From Trichomonas gallinae (taxonomy: Eukaryota): DNA of 64,000 nt. Position numbers and translations under genes: made by a program. Shown here piece by piece: positions 63,410-64,000 of the stretch (its first letter is position 1; each line of letters begins with the position of its first letter). The stretch is taken from assembly GCA_008369845.1 (NCBI GenBank), contig MRSU01007380.1:1-64000 (forward strand). Direction: 5' to 3'. The notes beneath the pieces were generated by a model, which did not search any database, was not told the origin of the DNA, and saw only the letters and a program-made list of their open reading frames with translations.

Positions 63410-64000
63410 TTGCATTCTATTGAGAATCATCAGTTAAATAAAGGAATTGAATTCAATTTTGAAAGTCCAAAAGCACAAACACAACCATCTCGAGTACATT
63501 TACTTATAGATACTGATGAAATAAATGAAAATATTTCGAAACTTCAAAATGTTGAAACGCTAGAAGAGGGATTAAACATATTAGTTGAAATAGCATCACA
63601 TCAACAAATAGATATACCCAATGAAGTACTTCAGCATTTAATAAATGTACTTGACCATGATTTTCATTCACCGGAAAGTGTACTTATAGCCGACTTAAAT
63701 TTGATATATGAACTAATTGCATCAGGTGTTGAAAGATATGCAGCATTTTTTGCAGGTCCTGATAAAATTGACATGATTTTTCTATTATTTCCACTACAAG
63801 CAGCTTCTAAATGCATTGGAATGCTTTTGCATAAAATGCCCAATACTATAAACAGATTATTGGAACTTGGGCTTTTAAATAAAATTCAACAAGATTTAAA
63901 TCTCCAAAATCCCCATTTTGAGTCATGCTGCTTGATTTTAACCAGAATACTAAGCTCAAATATTGATAACAGACTTCTTCAAAACGTGATGAATAAAATT
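63410..64000 (+). CDS. Hypothetical ARM-like helical protein, partial (runs off window); TTG start
   Basis: 197 open codons: (M)HSIENHQLNKGIEFNFESPKAQTQPSRVHLLIDTDEINENISKL... In-frame TGA at 63404. First ATG is codon 122 (63773). Not in the ORF track because no stop lies in the window. Confidence 0.75.
   Translation, partial: MHSIENHQLNKGIEFNFESPKAQTQPSRVHLLIDTDEINENISKLQNVETLEEGLNILVEIASHQQIDIPNEVLQHLINVLDHDFHSPESVLIADLNLIYELIASGVERYAAFFAGPDKIDMIFLLFPLQAASKCIGMLLHKMPNTINRLLELGLLNKIQQDLNLQNPHFESCCLILTRILSSNIDNRLLQNVMNKI

Overview
Eukaryotic, AT-rich, essentially intron-less genomic DNA most consistent with a parabasalid (Trichomonas vaginalis or a close relative). The evidence is BspA-type LRR, multi-TM PAS/adenylyl cyclase, Gly-rich and ankyrin families, TCAYT initiator and AAAGTGAC motifs close to starts, and TAA(A) stops doubling as polyA signals. 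This assignment is an inference and was not checked by a search. The window holds one tRNA-Gly(GCC), about 27 apparently intact protein genes and about 6 disrupted genes. The intact genes include VPS26C, AP-4 mu, a PPP phosphatase, the cyclase, TCF25/Rqc1, a sirtuin, a 2483-aa repeat protein, CWC25, BspA, a CARMIL-like LRR, kelch, bromodomain, BAR, maspardin, a CAMK kinase, two Rabs and NOT1. The most striking signal is that several long, otherwise intact ORFs have a near-cognate codon where the start should be, with the first ATG far downstream (TTG 4376, CTG 7625, TTG 63410, TTG 20499, possibly GTG 4096), suggesting non-AUG initiation. Other loci are broken by only one or two in-frame stops (19667, 20583, 12529/13522). 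A recurrent intergenic element, TG(A/T/C)CRYRTAAA, occurs in clusters and in phased 20-bp and 120-bp arrays. No transposon, rRNA or CRISPR was seen.
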